A stretch of DNA of 64,000 bases from Patescibacteria group bacterium (GTDB taxonomy: Bacteria > Patescibacteriota > Minisyncoccia > 2-02-FULL-40-12 > GWA2-44-9), in NCBI GenBank assembly GCA_038064515.1, contig JBBTSY010000007.1, positions 18,249-82,248 of the forward strand, read 5' to 3'. A program made the translations under genes and the position numbers. Numbering within the stretch: position 1 is the stretch's first letter; each line of letters opens with the position of its first letter. Positions 46,884-58,357 of this stretch are shown one piece after another. Below the pieces are notes generated by a model, which ran no database searches, was not told the DNA's origin, and worked only from the letters and a program-made list of their open reading frames with translations.

Positions 46884-48635
46884 TTATTCCACAGTTCCAT
46901 CGGCGGAACGATCTATCGTATCGCTGGTCGTAAGATCATCAAGATTCAACAGTACGCTTTGTTGAGTAAAGCTATCCGTTCCCGCAAATGTGCCGTTTTT
47001 GACAAGCGTCGGCGCGCTTCCTCGTTGCGTCGAAGATGGCGTAATACTTACCTGAAAGCTGACTTCATAGATGCTACTGGTACCGCTTCCGGATGGTAGC
47101 TGACCAATGCTCCAGATTACCTGGCCTTTGTTGCGGTCATAAGCTGGCTGGGATTGGCTGGTGGCAGACGACACGATATTCTTCCATGCCACGCCCGTAG
47201 GCAGTGTCGCCTTTACTACTGCGTTGTTTACGGCATTGCCCGGATTGACCAACCGCCAATGGACGGTAAACATCGTTTCGCTTCCGACATTGAGCGGCAT
47301 CGGACCGAATGATCCGAACGCCGGATCACTATAATACATCGTCTGGATTACATTGGGCTGGGTGCTAATTTTTGTGATCAAACTGTCCTGTGTCGAGATC
47401 TCCTCGCCATCCAGACCGGTAGGAATATCGGACGTCACCAGAGAGGCGGTCGTTTTCACAAAGAAATTTTTAGAACCGAGCCCGCCGGAAAAAGATGACT
47501 TGAGACGAATACGAAAATCAACTTTCCCCGTCGCCGACGGTCCCAAGTTGCTGAAATTAGGCACACTGCCGGCATTCCAAACAATCGTCTGCGTGGCGCT
47601 GTCGTAGAAACCGCCGGTGGGATCAAGTGAATTGAGGTCATACATTTCGCCTTCAAGCTTCAGCAGAAGGTTCAGTCCGGAGAAGGTGTAGCTGGAGCTA
47701 TTCCTATACTGGATCGAGTATGCCAAAATATCACCCGGACTGGCGGTGTAGTCCCGCTCGCCATTTACCGATATTTTTACGTCCAAGAGCGGGCTCGAGA
47801 TAATCGTAGAAGCTTCGGCTCGTTCATAATTTATATAATCGCCGTTTATCTTCCGTTGAAGTATCATCGAAACGGTTTTACTGTCGCGCTCATTTCCGGA
47901 TATTGTTCCCGTCACGGTGATGCGCGCGCCAGAATCTTTTTTGAGTAATTTAATATCCCATGTTGCGTCCCCCGTCGTTGGTTGGGGGCTGAAACGCTTT
48001 GGCGCAAATCCTTCGGGATAGGCAAGTTTAAATCGAAGATCTGCGATATCGCCCTGCGATTCATTGCGATAATCGAGCGTATAAGTAATCTCCTGGCCCG
48101 ACACCGCGATTGGCGGAACACTCAAAGTGACCGGAACCGGCATCCCAATGATAGTCGTCGCCGCCGATACCGGCTTCTTTTCGAAACGAGAGCTCAATGT
48201 TCCCGCTTTATAGGTCATATCGGCTTTTGCGTAGAGAATGCTTCCCTTCTCTCCCACTAGAAATGCTTTAAATTCTTTTTCGCCGCTTTGGCGCGCTCCG
48301 ACAGAATCAAGTTCGAATGTTTCTGAAGTTTCTTCTGAATATGAACCGTCTTCTTTAATCACGATCGCATGGTCGGGATAGAAAAAGCGGAATTTAATGT
48401 CCTTGATATCAGTTCGAGTCGTATTGCTGTATGTAATTTTATAGGTTGCTTCGTCGCCGGAAAGGGCTTGCTGGGGACCTTCTATTTTAAACTCGACGCC
48501 GCGTTCGCTGAACGATGAGCTCCCAAACCAAAAAACAAGGATCGCGGTTACAAAGAGCACTAATGCCACAATCACAAGGATCTTCAAGTATTTGCTGGAT
48601 CCTGGCGATGAAAAGTATTCAAGTATATTCCTCAT
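46884..48635 (-). CDS. membrane-anchored Ig-like repeat surface protein
   Basis: N-terminal TM helix followed by beta-rich repeated domains. Confidence 0.65.
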   Translation of the reverse strand: MRNILEYFSSPGSSKYLKILVIVALVLFVTAILVFWFGSSSFSERGVEFKIEGPQQALSGDEATYKITYSNTTRTDIKDIKFRFFYPDHAIVIKEDGSYSEETSETFELDSVGARQSGEKEFKAFLVGEKGSILYAKADMTYKAGTLSSRFEKKPVSAATTIIGMPVPVTLSVPPIAVSGQEITYTLDYRNESQGDIADLRFKLAYPEGFAPKRFSPQPTTGDATWDIKLLKKDSGARITVTGTISGNERDSKTVSMILQRKINGDYINYERAEASTIISSPLLDVKISVNGERDYTASPGDILAYSIQYRNSSSYTFSGLNLLLKLEGEMYDLNSLDPTGGFYDSATQTIVWNAGSVPNFSNLGPSATGKVDFRIRLKSSFSGGLGSKNFFVKTTASLVTSDIPTGLDGEEISTQDSLITKISTQPNVIQTMYYSDPAFGSFGPMPLNVGSETMFTVHWRLVNPGNAVNNAVVKATLPTGVAWKNIVSSATSQSQPAYDRNKGQVIWSIGQLPSGSGTSSIYEVSFQVSITPSSTQRGSAPTLVKNGTFAGTDSFTQQSVLLNLDDLTTSDTIDRSADGTVE

Positions 48636-48663
48636 AAATTCAATCCTCTAAGTTTATCACATT

Positions 48664-49248
48664 CTACATGACCTCATACAGGAAGCGCAAGGAATTTAAG
48701 CGGAGGCTGAAAGTGTATTCATAGATAGTATCGAGTGGAGAGGGAAAGGTGGCCCCGCCATAACGGGGTCCCGCTGAGGCGGTGGCCACTGGGATTACCG
48801 GGAGTTGAGAGGCGTAACCAAGCACATTTAAGAAATCGGCTTGTTTTTCCCGAAAAAATGGCATCAGCGCTGATGCGTCCGCGGCATCCAGCTCAATTAA
48901 AAGCCTATATAAAAAGTTCCAGAGCTTTTCATCTTTCTGATTATCATAAGCGACGCGGTCGATAACTTCAAAGAAAAAATAGGCCACTGCCTGATGCGCC
49001 AATGATTTTCGAATGTGGCTGAAAGTATTCTCACTTTGAGCGCCGGTAATGATCGGCGTGGCGCGGCCATTTATTAAATCGAAATCGACAAGATTTAAAA
49101 CATCCAGATGCATCCCCTGAATCGAACTTTCTTTCAGAGAACTTTTAGCGATCGCAGTCAGTTTGCCCCACTCCTGGCTGTAGCAAGTAATAAGCTGGTC
49201 ATATTCCTTCGTCATCTGCTTTTTGATGATAATCGCTTTCGTTCTCAT
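48664..49248 (-). CDS. recO: DNA repair protein RecO
   Basis: EYDQLITCYSQEWGKLTAIAKS OB-fold start. Confidence 0.8.
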   Translation of the reverse strand: MRTKAIIIKKQMTKEYDQLITCYSQEWGKLTAIAKSSLKESSIQGMHLDVLNLVDFDLINGRATPIITGAQSENTFSHIRKSLAHQAVAYFFFEVIDRVAYDNQKDEKLWNFLYRLLIELDAADASALMPFFREKQADFLNVLGYASQLPVIPVATASAGPRYGGATFPSPLDTIYEYTFSLRLNSLRFLYEVM

Positions 49249-52200
49249 TTTTTAATGCCGATCCAGATTTTTTTACCGGGCGCGAGCTTGATTTCTTCTT
49301 CTACATCATATGCACGATCTGCTTTAGGCTGCCGTAATAATTCGGAAAGCACGGTATCCGTTTTGATTGCGACGGACCATTCGGTGATCGCATTTGAAAG
49401 AGCGGCATCTTCACTGTGCCAGTATGCCACGACTTCCTCATCAAAACGATAGCCGGCATCCTTGCGCATATCCTGGATCTGGCGCATCATCTCCCGCGCA
49501 TATCCTTCCGCGCGCAATTCGTCGGAGATTGCGAGATCAAAGCTCAACTTGGCTTCGGCAGGCAAGCCTGCTTTTTGATAGCGGATGTCTTTTACATTTA
49601 ACTCATCCTTAATCAATGCCTCGAGACCCGGATCAAGCGGATCGCTAGGAATAATCACCGCTTGGAGCGGCTGGCGCACTTTAAGCTGTTCGTTCTTGCG
49701 CAGGGCCAGCCCCTGTGTCACGAATTCCTGAATTCGGATCATCGCAGATTCCAATTCGCTGTTCACCATTTTCACATCGCCAATCGGCCAGCGTTGGAGG
49801 TGGACACTTTCTGTACCCTCGCTTTGTCCGCCAATACGCGCATAGATATCCTCGGCGGTATAGGGCGCAAACGGAGCGATCATTTTGGTCACCTCAAACA
49901 ACAAGTATCGCAACACACCGATCGCTTCTGGTCGGTTACGGGAACGGCGGAGCCACCATTTAGAGAGATCATCAATCACGAATTTCTCGATCATACGGGC
50001 GGCGGTTGTCGGATCGTACGCATCCATCCGTTTAGTAGCTTCTAAAATAGTTCGATTAAGCCGCGAAAGCATCCACTGATCGAGCACCGTCGGTTCCTGT
50101 TCCTGGCCCCGCCTTGGCGGGAGTTTTTCATAGAGTTCATAAAAGCGGACGCAGTTTTCAAGGGTAGTAAAAAAACCTTTGAGTCGTTCTTGCGCGTCTT
50201 TAAGAGTCACCACCGTGGATTCCCCTGGCATGTTGGCGGTATAGAAGTACCACCGCGTAGCATCAACGCCGACGGCATCCATGAATTCATCGGGAGCGAT
50301 GACGTTGCCTTTAGATTTGGACATTTTCTTTCCATGCTCATCGAGAGTATGACCAAGCGATATTACATTCCTGTAGGGAGCGCCCTTATTCAGGAGTGTC
50401 GAAATCGCCAATAAGGTATAGAACCAGCCGCGAGTTTGATCTACCGCTTCCACGATAAAGTCTGCCGGGAATTGCCTCTCGAATATTTCCTTATTTTCAA
50501 ACGGCCAGTGCCATTGGGCGTACGGCATACAGCCGGAATCAAACCAGACATCGATGAGATCGGGTACTTTATACATCGGTCCGTCGCATTTCGAGCACTT
50601 TAAAACAATTTCATCCACGTATGGCCGATGGAGATCAACGTCACCCTGGTCATTGTAAGGATAGTTTGGCAGGGTCGCTTTCATGTACGTCCCCTGCTTG
50701 AGATAGATTTCTGATTTTTTCGCGAGAGTGTCCGCGTCGTCTCGGTTCATCATTGCGCTGGCAAGAATCCAGAGCGGGTCACCGTGACTGATAATGAGGA
50801 TATTTTTGCCTTCGTATTTTTTATCCAGTTCCACTACAACCGCCATCATGCGGGCTTTAACATCGCGCCAACTGTCACCATCTCCGCGCCTGGCATCCAT
50901 TGCCACGATAGTGCCTAGTTGCTCGACACATTGAGCATGTGTTTTTCCCTCACACGCCAATCCGTGCTTTATTTCGCCTAGCCGCTCATCAGTTTCTACA
51001 GGAATACCCAGAACTTCAGAGATAATCTTTGCCGTACCTTGGGTACGCTTGAAAGGTGACACAATGATAATGCCGATTTTTTCTTTTTTTAATTTATCAG
51101 CCATATCCGCTATCTGCTTCCGCCCTTCGTCGTTAAGTTCATAAATATCATATTCACCGGTATACGAATTGATAATCATATTCTTCTCGACGCTTCCGCG
51201 ATCGGTAAGCCCATGACGCGCCAAAATAAATTCATTTGGCTTCTTAAAGCGATTTTTTTTCAAATCATCGAGACTCCCCGCAACGCGATATGTTTCACAA
51301 TCGGCATTGGCGCATTGCCATACCGGCAGGGGCGTCCCCCAGTATCGTTCGCGAGAGAATGCCCAATCTTTGCCTTCTTTGATCCACTGTCCAAAGCGGC
51401 CCTCCTTTAAATGGCTCGGAATCCAGTTAATCTGATCGTTGTTTTTTAAAAGCTGCTTATTCACCGCTGACATTTTGATAAACCAGGATGTCTTGGCATA
51501 ATAGATCAGCGCAGTGTCACAGCGCCAACAGAATGGATAATCGTGCTCATACTCCTCCTCTTTGAAGAGCGTGCCGGTGGCTTTCAGTTTCGCAAGAATT
51601 ACTTCCGTAGTCTTGGCGGTTTTTACATACATGCCGTCCAGATCAGAGCTTACGCCGATAAATTTGCCCTGCAGATCTACCGTGTGCACTTTTGGTAAAC
51701 CAAGCTCCGTGCCCAGAGCATAATCATCTTCACCGTACATCACCGCGGTATGCACGACGCCGGTACCGTCCGTAGTAGAAACAAACGGCGCGGCATAAAT
51801 ATGGTAGGACTTCTCTGATTTCAGTTGCGATACATCAAAGAGAGGTTCGTATTCAAGTCCCACAAGATCATTGCCGTCTATAAAACCCAATTCTGCCCCA
51901 TCAAATTGCGGGAAAACTTTTAACAACAAATCTTTCGCTAAAATATAAGTTTCTTCGCTATCTTTTGGTTTTATCTTTACGTACCTGATATCCTTCCCTA
52001 CGGCCAAGGCGACATTTCCCGGAAGCGTCCAAGGAGTGGTGGTCCACGCAAGTATAAAGGTGTTCTCCGAAAACTTGTCATTCTTGGTGAGTTTAAATTT
52101 TAGGTAAACGGAATTCTCCTTGACCAGCTTGTACCCTTGGGCCACTTCATGCGATGAAAGTCCGGTCCCGCAACGCGTGCAAAAAGGCACCACGCGATGC

Positions 52201-52709
52201 GCTTGATACAAGAGATCTTTATCCCAGATGGTTTTTATAATATTCCAAACGGATTCAATATATGACGTCTCATACGTTACATACGGATCGTGGAGATCAA
52301 GCCAGAATCCCATGCGTTTGGTCATCTGTTCCCACAGGCCCTTATATTTTTTAGCATTCTCTTTCGCCTTCTGGTTGAATTTTGCTATGCCGTATTCTTC
52401 GATCTGCTTCTTATTTTTAAAACCAAGTTCTTTTTCGATCTCGATTTCTATCGGCAAGCCATGCGTATCCCAACCCGCCCTTCGCAAAACGCTATAGCCG
52501 CGCATCGTTTTGTAGCGCCCATAGAGATCTTTAAATACACGTGTCAAGAAGTGTCCGATATGCGGTAGTCCATTAGCCGTCGGGGGGCCTTCAAAGAAAA
52601 CAAAATGTTCCTCTTTGCTTCGAAGTTCCAGGCTTTTTTCAAAAATCTGCTCCGATTCCCAAAAATGCCGGATTCGCTCTTCAGTTTTCTTAAAATCAAA
52701 AACAGCCAT
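49245..52709 (-). CDS. ileS: isoleucine--tRNA ligase with inserted histidine-phosphatase domain
   Basis: GPPTANG, HIGH, WTTTPWT, KMSKS; insert with ARHG, SPFKRT, ISHG. Confidence 0.95.
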   Translation of the reverse strand: MAVFDFKKTEERIRHFWESEQIFEKSLELRSKEEHFVFFEGPPTANGLPHIGHFLTRVFKDLYGRYKTMRGYSVLRRAGWDTHGLPIEIEIEKELGFKNKKQIEEYGIAKFNQKAKENAKKYKGLWEQMTKRMGFWLDLHDPYVTYETSYIESVWNIIKTIWDKDLLYQAHRVVPFCTRCGTGLSSHEVAQGYKLVKENSVYLKFKLTKNDKFSENTFILAWTTTPWTLPGNVALAVGKDIRYVKIKPKDSEETYILAKDLLLKVFPQFDGAELGFIDGNDLVGLEYEPLFDVSQLKSEKSYHIYAAPFVSTTDGTGVVHTAVMYGEDDYALGTELGLPKVHTVDLQGKFIGVSSDLDGMYVKTAKTTEVILAKLKATGTLFKEEEYEHDYPFCWRCDTALIYYAKTSWFIKMSAVNKQLLKNNDQINWIPSHLKEGRFGQWIKEGKDWAFSRERYWGTPLPVWQCANADCETYRVAGSLDDLKKNRFKKPNEFILARHGLTDRGSVEKNMIINSYTGEYDIYELNDEGRKQIADMADKLKKEKIGIIIVSPFKRTQGTAKIISEVLGIPVETDERLGEIKHGLACEGKTHAQCVEQLGTIVAMDARRGDGDSWRDVKARMMAVVVELDKKYEGKNILIISHGDPLWILASAMMNRDDADTLAKKSEIYLKQGTYMKATLPNYPYNDQGDVDLHRPYVDEIVLKCSKCDGPMYKVPDLIDVWFDSGCMPYAQWHWPFENKEIFERQFPADFIVEAVDQTRGWFYTLLAISTLLNKGAPYRNVISLGHTLDEHGKKMSKSKGNVIAPDEFMDAVGVDATRWYFYTANMPGESTVVTLKDAQERLKGFFTTLENCVRFYELYEKLPPRRGQEQEPTVLDQWMLSRLNRTILEATKRMDAYDPTTAARMIEKFVIDDLSKWWLRRSRNRPEAIGVLRYLLFEVTKMIAPFAPYTAEDIYARIGGQSEGTESVHLQRWPIGDVKMVNSELESAMIRIQEFVTQGLALRKNEQLKVRQPLQAVIIPSDPLDPGLEALIKDELNVKDIRYQKAGLPAEAKLSFDLAISDELRAEGYAREMMRQIQDMRKDAGYRFDEEVVAYWHSEDAALSNAITEWSVAIKTDTVLSELLRQPKADRAYDVEEEIKLAPGKKIWIGIKK

Positions 52710-52806
52710 GATGTACCGCCATGATGACTGAAAATAGGAGTTTTTTCAACCCCAACGGAATTAATCAGGTTGCCAAGTGCCCCAAAATTTCCTTTAATGG
52801 AAGAGT

Positions 52807-53214
52807 ATGAAAATTGTTTTTCCAATCCTGGCTGGCTGTATTGTCCTGTTTGTTGGCATTTATGTTTCCGGCCAGATGGCATTTTATGAAGACTTCCCGT
52901 ACTTTGATAGCGTCATGCATGTTCTTGGCGGGGCTGTGATTGGCTGGCTTGTGTTTGCTCATGCTTCCGTTAAAGGACGCCCCACTCCCTCGCTAGGCCT
53001 TGTGCTCCTTATCGCAATCGTCATTGGACTCCTCTGGGAACTGGCCGAGTATACCTCCGGACTGACAATGCAGGGAACCGTCGTCTACAAATACTTCCAC
53101 GGCGGCGGACGCCTCGATTCCCTCTCCGATCTGGCGATGGCCGTCCTGGGCGCCACAATCGCCTTCATCCTCCACCCGAAGAAACTAGATTCGTTCAAGG
53201 GTCTTGATGCCTAG
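52807..53214 (+). CDS. small membrane protein
   Basis: Four hydrophobic segments; D..MH..GG, LWELAEY, DSLSDL. Confidence 0.7.
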   Translation: MKIVFPILAGCIVLFVGIYVSGQMAFYEDFPYFDSVMHVLGGAVIGWLVFAHASVKGRPTPSLGLVLLIAIVIGLLWELAEYTSGLTMQGTVVYKYFHGGGRLDSLSDLAMAVLGATIAFILHPKKLDSFKGLDA

Positions 53215-53286
53215 GAGCCCCAGTCCATTCCTCAAAACGCCTATCACCGCTTCGATAAGGAGAAGTTAAAATATTCAAATAGCAAA

Positions 53287-55226
53287 ATGTTTACAAAACT
53301 AGATAAAAACGAGAAGGAGGTGTGGGATTGGGGTCTTGGGAAAGATTTTTCACCCAAGCTTTTAACTAATAAATTATTTGACTCAAGACGATCCTCTATA
53401 GAAAGGTTTATCGGGTCTTTCTTGAGAGAAAACATTGGGGAAATAATTAATCATTGTACTTGGTACGCTCGCGACGACTGGATAACGAAAAATCAAAGCT
53501 TTTCTAAACAATATTCACATAAATGGAAAAAAGAAGAGACTAAAGAAATAGTAGAGATATCTTTAGGTAATGATAAATTACTCATTTTGCCCGTATGCGG
53601 GTTTCCTCTTGAGAGATTTTACTTAACAACCCTGCCCTTATTGAGAGAACAAGACAAAATATCTGAATTGTCGAATCTATCAGAAATTTTCTCTCTTTTT
53701 TATAATAAACAAGGAAGTGAACAAGGAGATTGGGAATCCATGAGAGGGGACTTATTAAATAGTAACGCGAACCTCTTTCTTGCTTTTCTTTTAAGGGAAG
53801 AATATATGGGTAGGCTAAGAGAAAACTTGTCTCAGAAAATTTATTCAGAATTCCATAATAAAGATGAAATGTTGGTGTTCTTTGAGCAATGGTGCGTAAA
53901 TGGTCATTTTCTACATCCAACTCCAAAATCAAAAACAGGTATTCTGCTTAAAGACCTCCTGAAGCTACTACCAGAAGCACATGTAACGTATAAACTTTAT
54001 CTTATTGCATTAAAAAAAGATAAGGCACATTTCTTGTCGATCAGCGGTAGTTTCGATTCATTTTTTGTAAGATTATCGAATTCGCTTCATGAAAAAGTGA
54101 GGAAATATATTAAAAATATTAAAATATTAATGCTAATTTTGAAGATTATTACTTCATCCCAATCCACCCATGGCAATACGAGAATTTTCTTAAAAAAAGA
54201 TTAGCAACAGAACTTGATAGTAATGATTATATCTTTTTGGAAGGAATCGGCGTGAAGGTACAACCACTTATCGCTTTTCGAACTGTATATGTTCCGGAGA
54301 TGAGTGTTTATTTTAAGCTTCCGATAGATGTTCAAATAACAAGTGTTAAAAGAACACTCTCTTCGAAGCCGTGTCATAACGGTATCGCTCTATCTAAAGT
54401 TTTTGATATTCTCAAGAGAAAAGAATGCCTCCCTAATTCATTTGAAATACAATTAGAAATTGCTAGTGTCAGATTGAAAGAAGACTATCCTTCACATAAG
54501 AATTTAAGTTTTGTTACCAGGGAAGGCAGTATCGCAAATCTAACCGAAGAAGATTTAATTCTCCCAGCATCTGCTCTTTTTGAGAAATCACCGAACCTTC
54601 GTCGAGGGAAAATTCTTGAAGAATTGATTTCTGCTTATTCTTTGACTACTGTACAAAAAGCCGGAGGTAAAAAAGTAGTTTTAGAATTTTTTAATAATTA
54701 CATCAAAATTTTATTGCCTCCAGCACTAGATTTATTAACTAAATATGGTATTGGAATAGAAGCACACCTACAAAATTCTATAGTTGTTTTTAGGAACGGA
54801 GTCCCCCATAGATTGATTTATAGAGATTTGGATGCAGTAAATATTTGTACCAAGAGATTTAGTAAGCATTCATTCCTAAGAAATGAATTCTATCCTAACT
54901 CGTGGACAGTATCTGAAGACGCGCAAGCCGCGCAAGACAAGGTGATGCATTCGCTAATACATTCACATATCGCAGAGATGATTAATCAAATAAACTTGAT
55001 TTATGATTTGAATTTTGAGATATTATGGCGATCAGTTGCAGGGCTAATCCGCAACCATTTGGATAACCTCTCCAAAGATTCTTTATTCAGTAATGAGGCA
55101 AAAAAAGATATTGAATATTTTTTTTGTGAATTCACTTATATAAAGTCGCTTTTTCGAATGAAGTTACTCGGAAAAACTAATGAGTATATCCATATTAAAA
55201 CCAAAAATCCTTTATATTTAATATAA
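53287..55226 (+). pseudogene. IucA/IucC (NIS) synthetase frameshifted by an 8-bp duplication
   Basis: GHFLHPTPK, IPIHPWQ in the alternate frame, RTV, KLP, EAHLQN, YRDLD; AAAATATT tandem at 54113-54128. Confidence 0.85.
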
Positions 55227-55229
55227 AAT

Positions 55230-55817
55230 ATGACCATCGTTGCTTCAACAATACTGATAACAGAGTACGGCAGATTTAATGTCAGCTACCATAAAACAAA
55301 AAATGGTGAAGGTCTGTCAATTAAAAAGGGTAAGTTAAACACAACCAATCCCCTCTTAAGGATACAGTCCTCATGTATTTTTAGTGAATCTTTTCACTCC
55401 ACAACTTGTGACTGTTCACTTCAGCTTCAAGGGTCATTAAAAATCATCAATGAATTTGGAAACGGTGCTTTGGTCTATCTTTTTGATGAAGGACGCGGTG
55501 CCGGTCTGCTTACAAAGATAAAAGCAATGGAGATCGAAAGACAGAATGAAATTGATACTGTCGAAGCATTTAAAAAACTGGGATTACCAGCAGACTTGAG
55601 AAATTATAAAATTGCCCTGGATATCTTGGAAGATATTGAAATAAACAAAGAACTCAAATTGATCACGAATAATCCAAACAAAAAGAAAAGTCTAGAAGAG
55701 AATGGATATAAAGTTACTGAAATCGTTAGATTGAATTTAGAACTAAATGATTCGGTAAGAAAATATCTAAAAATGAAAAAAGAAAAGCTCGGGCATGAAT
55801 ATATAGATTTAGAATAG
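55230..55817 (+). CDS. ribA: GTP cyclohydrolase II-like protein
   Basis: RIQSSC...CDC..QL, EGRG.GL..K, D.R.Y, LITNNP.K, K..KLGH. Confidence 0.88.
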   Translation: MTIVASTILITEYGRFNVSYHKTKNGEGLSIKKGKLNTTNPLLRIQSSCIFSESFHSTTCDCSLQLQGSLKIINEFGNGALVYLFDEGRGAGLLTKIKAMEIERQNEIDTVEAFKKLGLPADLRNYKIALDILEDIEINKELKLITNNPNKKKSLEENGYKVTEIVRLNLELNDSVRKYLKMKKEKLGHEYIDLE

Positions 55818-55819
55818 CC

Positions 55820-56644
55820 ATGCATGGTCAAACAGAGTTGGAAAAAACAATAGAGTCAACTTATAGGAATCTTGCCGAGAAGCATTTTAAGGATCTTTAT
55901 ATCTTCTGTTACCAAACAGGAAGTTTTGTGTATGGCGGCGGAACTCCCGGTAAAAGCGATTTGGACGTAACCGTTGTTTTTAAAGATTCAGTTTATAATT
56001 TACCCCCTAGGGAGCTCCTCAATCGTATTGAAGACTTTATTGTCGGTTATCTTAAACTACATGAGCAAACTGGGTATAATCCCGATATCACCTTTCCCGG
56101 AGAGTATGTGACGGAAGCGATGTTTATTGATGCTATAGCAGGTAGGGGGTTTCATGTTGAGAACGGAAGGTTATTTCTACCAAAAGCTTCAAGAGAATAT
56201 TATCTAGAAGATTCTGAGCGAGGATTTAGAGCATGGTTAAGTCAATCAGCCTTTAATAAATTTCTTGCGGGTGATAGGAACACTTATAAAGATAAAAAAA
56301 TAAAAGGTTGGTGCACAATTCTTAAATTTATATTAAAAGATATCGAATCTCAGGCAATAAATGTCTCCGATATTCTAGGACGACTTAGGATATTTGGGGT
56401 ACACGATGATTACTGGAATTTCGGTAATATGGAGAGTTTGTGGATTATAAAAAGTTTAGAAAAACTTTCCGAAGATGGTTTTGTGATCAAGAGTGAGGGT
56501 TATTTTTCCCCACAGCCAATCAAATTACATGAATGGGAATCTGAAGTTGCATACGCAATAACAACAGGACTGATAAAAAAGAGTAGCATCCTCGTAGGGG
56601 CAGAAGAAACTGTGTTATTATCAAAGTATGCCAATGAGAATTAG
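55820..56644 (+). CDS. Pol-beta superfamily nucleotidyltransferase
   Basis: GSFVYG...KSDLDV motif. Confidence 0.75.
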   Translation: MHGQTELEKTIESTYRNLAEKHFKDLYIFCYQTGSFVYGGGTPGKSDLDVTVVFKDSVYNLPPRELLNRIEDFIVGYLKLHEQTGYNPDITFPGEYVTEAMFIDAIAGRGFHVENGRLFLPKASREYYLEDSERGFRAWLSQSAFNKFLAGDRNTYKDKKIKGWCTILKFILKDIESQAINVSDILGRLRIFGVHDDYWNFGNMESLWIIKSLEKLSEDGFVIKSEGYFSPQPIKLHEWESEVAYAITTGLIKKSSILVGAEETVLLSKYANEN

Positions 56645-56673
56645 ATAAACAAGGAATCGGGTTTTAGAAAACT

Positions 56674-58356
56674 ATGAAATCAATCATTGATACGTTATAC
56701 AGTGCAATAGATGTGGTACTTACTGACATGGACGTCACAGACATTAAGTACTCGATAGAGTACCCGGAGGAATTGCTTTATGGAGATTACTCAACAAATG
56801 TAGCAATGGTGGCTGCGAAAGCGGTCGTAATGAATCCAAAGGAACTAGCAAGAAAAATTGTCGAAAGGCTTGGTTTTATTAATAGTATTTCGAAAATAGA
56901 AATTGCTGGGTCCGGATTCATCAATTTTCATCTTTCACGTGAATATTTTGCCGAAACCGTAAAAAAAATTGATGATAACTGGGGAAGAGGGTCTATTCTT
57001 TCCGGAAAAAAAATTCTTATTGAGAAAAGTGCACCAAATTTATTTAAACCGTTTCATGTTGGGCACCTCCTTAACATTTCTATCGGCGAATCACTCGCGC
57101 GGATTTTGTATTTTTCGGGTGCGGATGTTATCCCCGTTGCATATCCTTCAGATATTTCACTCGGCGTTGCTAAGACAATTTGGGCAATTTTAAAAAAACA
57201 CACACAAGGCAAACTCACAATTAATATTCTCGGTGAATGTTACATTTACGGCACTAGGATGTACGACGAAGATGAAAATATAAAGCAGGAAATAATCGAA
57301 ATTAATAAAAAGCTCAATACGAAAGAATCGGGTGTTGTATGGGACACGTATAAGGAAGGGAGAGAACTCAATTTACAGTATTTTAAAAAAATTACCGCGC
57401 GCCTTAAGTCAGAATTTGCAGATTATTTTTTTGAAAGTGATTCTGGTGTGGTAGGAAAGAAAATTGTTCAAGCAAACATAGGAAAAGTTTTTGAAGAGTC
57501 CAATGGCGCAATTATTTTTAAAGGTGAAAAGTATGGACTTCATACACGTGTATTCGTGACATCCTTAGGACTTCCTGTGTATGAGGCAAAAGATATAGGT
57601 TTATTAAAGCTAAAGTTCGAGAAATACAACCCAGATGTTTCGGTGGTAATCACTGATGTTGAACAGAAACAATATTTTGAAGTCATTAAAAAAGCGGCAA
57701 TGTTGATTCATGAAGAGTGGGGTACGCGATCAATTTACTGGCAACACGGACGTTTACGTTTTAAGGGAGAAAAAATTTCTTCACGATATGGTAATGTTCC
57801 TTTAGTTGAAGATTTACTTGAACAGGTAAAGGGAGTCGTGCGCGAGAAAATGAATGTTGTTAAGCGGAAGGTACAAATTAGCAACAATGATATTTTGATT
57901 GAAAAGATCGCGCTTGCCGCACTTCGCTACTCATTTTTACAGGGTGGATCTGGTAAAAATATTATATTTGATTTCAAACAATCTGTATCGCTGGAGGGGA
58001 ACTCGGGAATATATTTACAGTATTCATATGTTCGCGCACAAAGCGTGCTTGAAAAAGTGAGCGATGACTCTATCACGATACACGATACAATGTTGATCCC
58101 CAAAGAAATCCCAGTATTTGAAAGACTCTTACCGCGATTTCCCGCAACAGTAGAACGTGCATCAAAAGAGTATGAGCCACACTATGTGACAACGTATCTT
58201 ACTGAGCTTGCATCAACATTTAACAGTTGGTACGCAAATGAGCGCATAATTGGCTCTGAATATGAATCATATAAGCGTGCACTCACAAAAGCATTTGCAA
58301 CAACAATGAAAAATGGTTTGTGGCTCTTGGGTATTGATGCGCCAGAGAGGATGTAA
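56674..58356 (+). CDS. argS: arginine--tRNA ligase
   Basis: GDYSTN, GFINF, PN..KPFHVGH, KISSRYGN, YLQYSYVR, APERM. Confidence 0.93.
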   Translation: MKSIIDTLYSAIDVVLTDMDVTDIKYSIEYPEELLYGDYSTNVAMVAAKAVVMNPKELARKIVERLGFINSISKIEIAGSGFINFHLSREYFAETVKKIDDNWGRGSILSGKKILIEKSAPNLFKPFHVGHLLNISIGESLARILYFSGADVIPVAYPSDISLGVAKTIWAILKKHTQGKLTINILGECYIYGTRMYDEDENIKQEIIEINKKLNTKESGVVWDTYKEGRELNLQYFKKITARLKSEFADYFFESDSGVVGKKIVQANIGKVFEESNGAIIFKGEKYGLHTRVFVTSLGLPVYEAKDIGLLKLKFEKYNPDVSVVITDVEQKQYFEVIKKAAMLIHEEWGTRSIYWQHGRLRFKGEKISSRYGNVPLVEDLLEQVKGVVREKMNVVKRKVQISNNDILIEKIALAALRYSFLQGGSGKNIIFDFKQSVSLEGNSGIYLQYSYVRAQSVLEKVSDDSITIHDTMLIPKEIPVFERLLPRFPATVERASKEYEPHYVTTYLTELASTFNSWYANERIIGSEYESYKRALTKAFATTMKNGLWLLGIDAPERM

Positions 58357-58357
58357 T

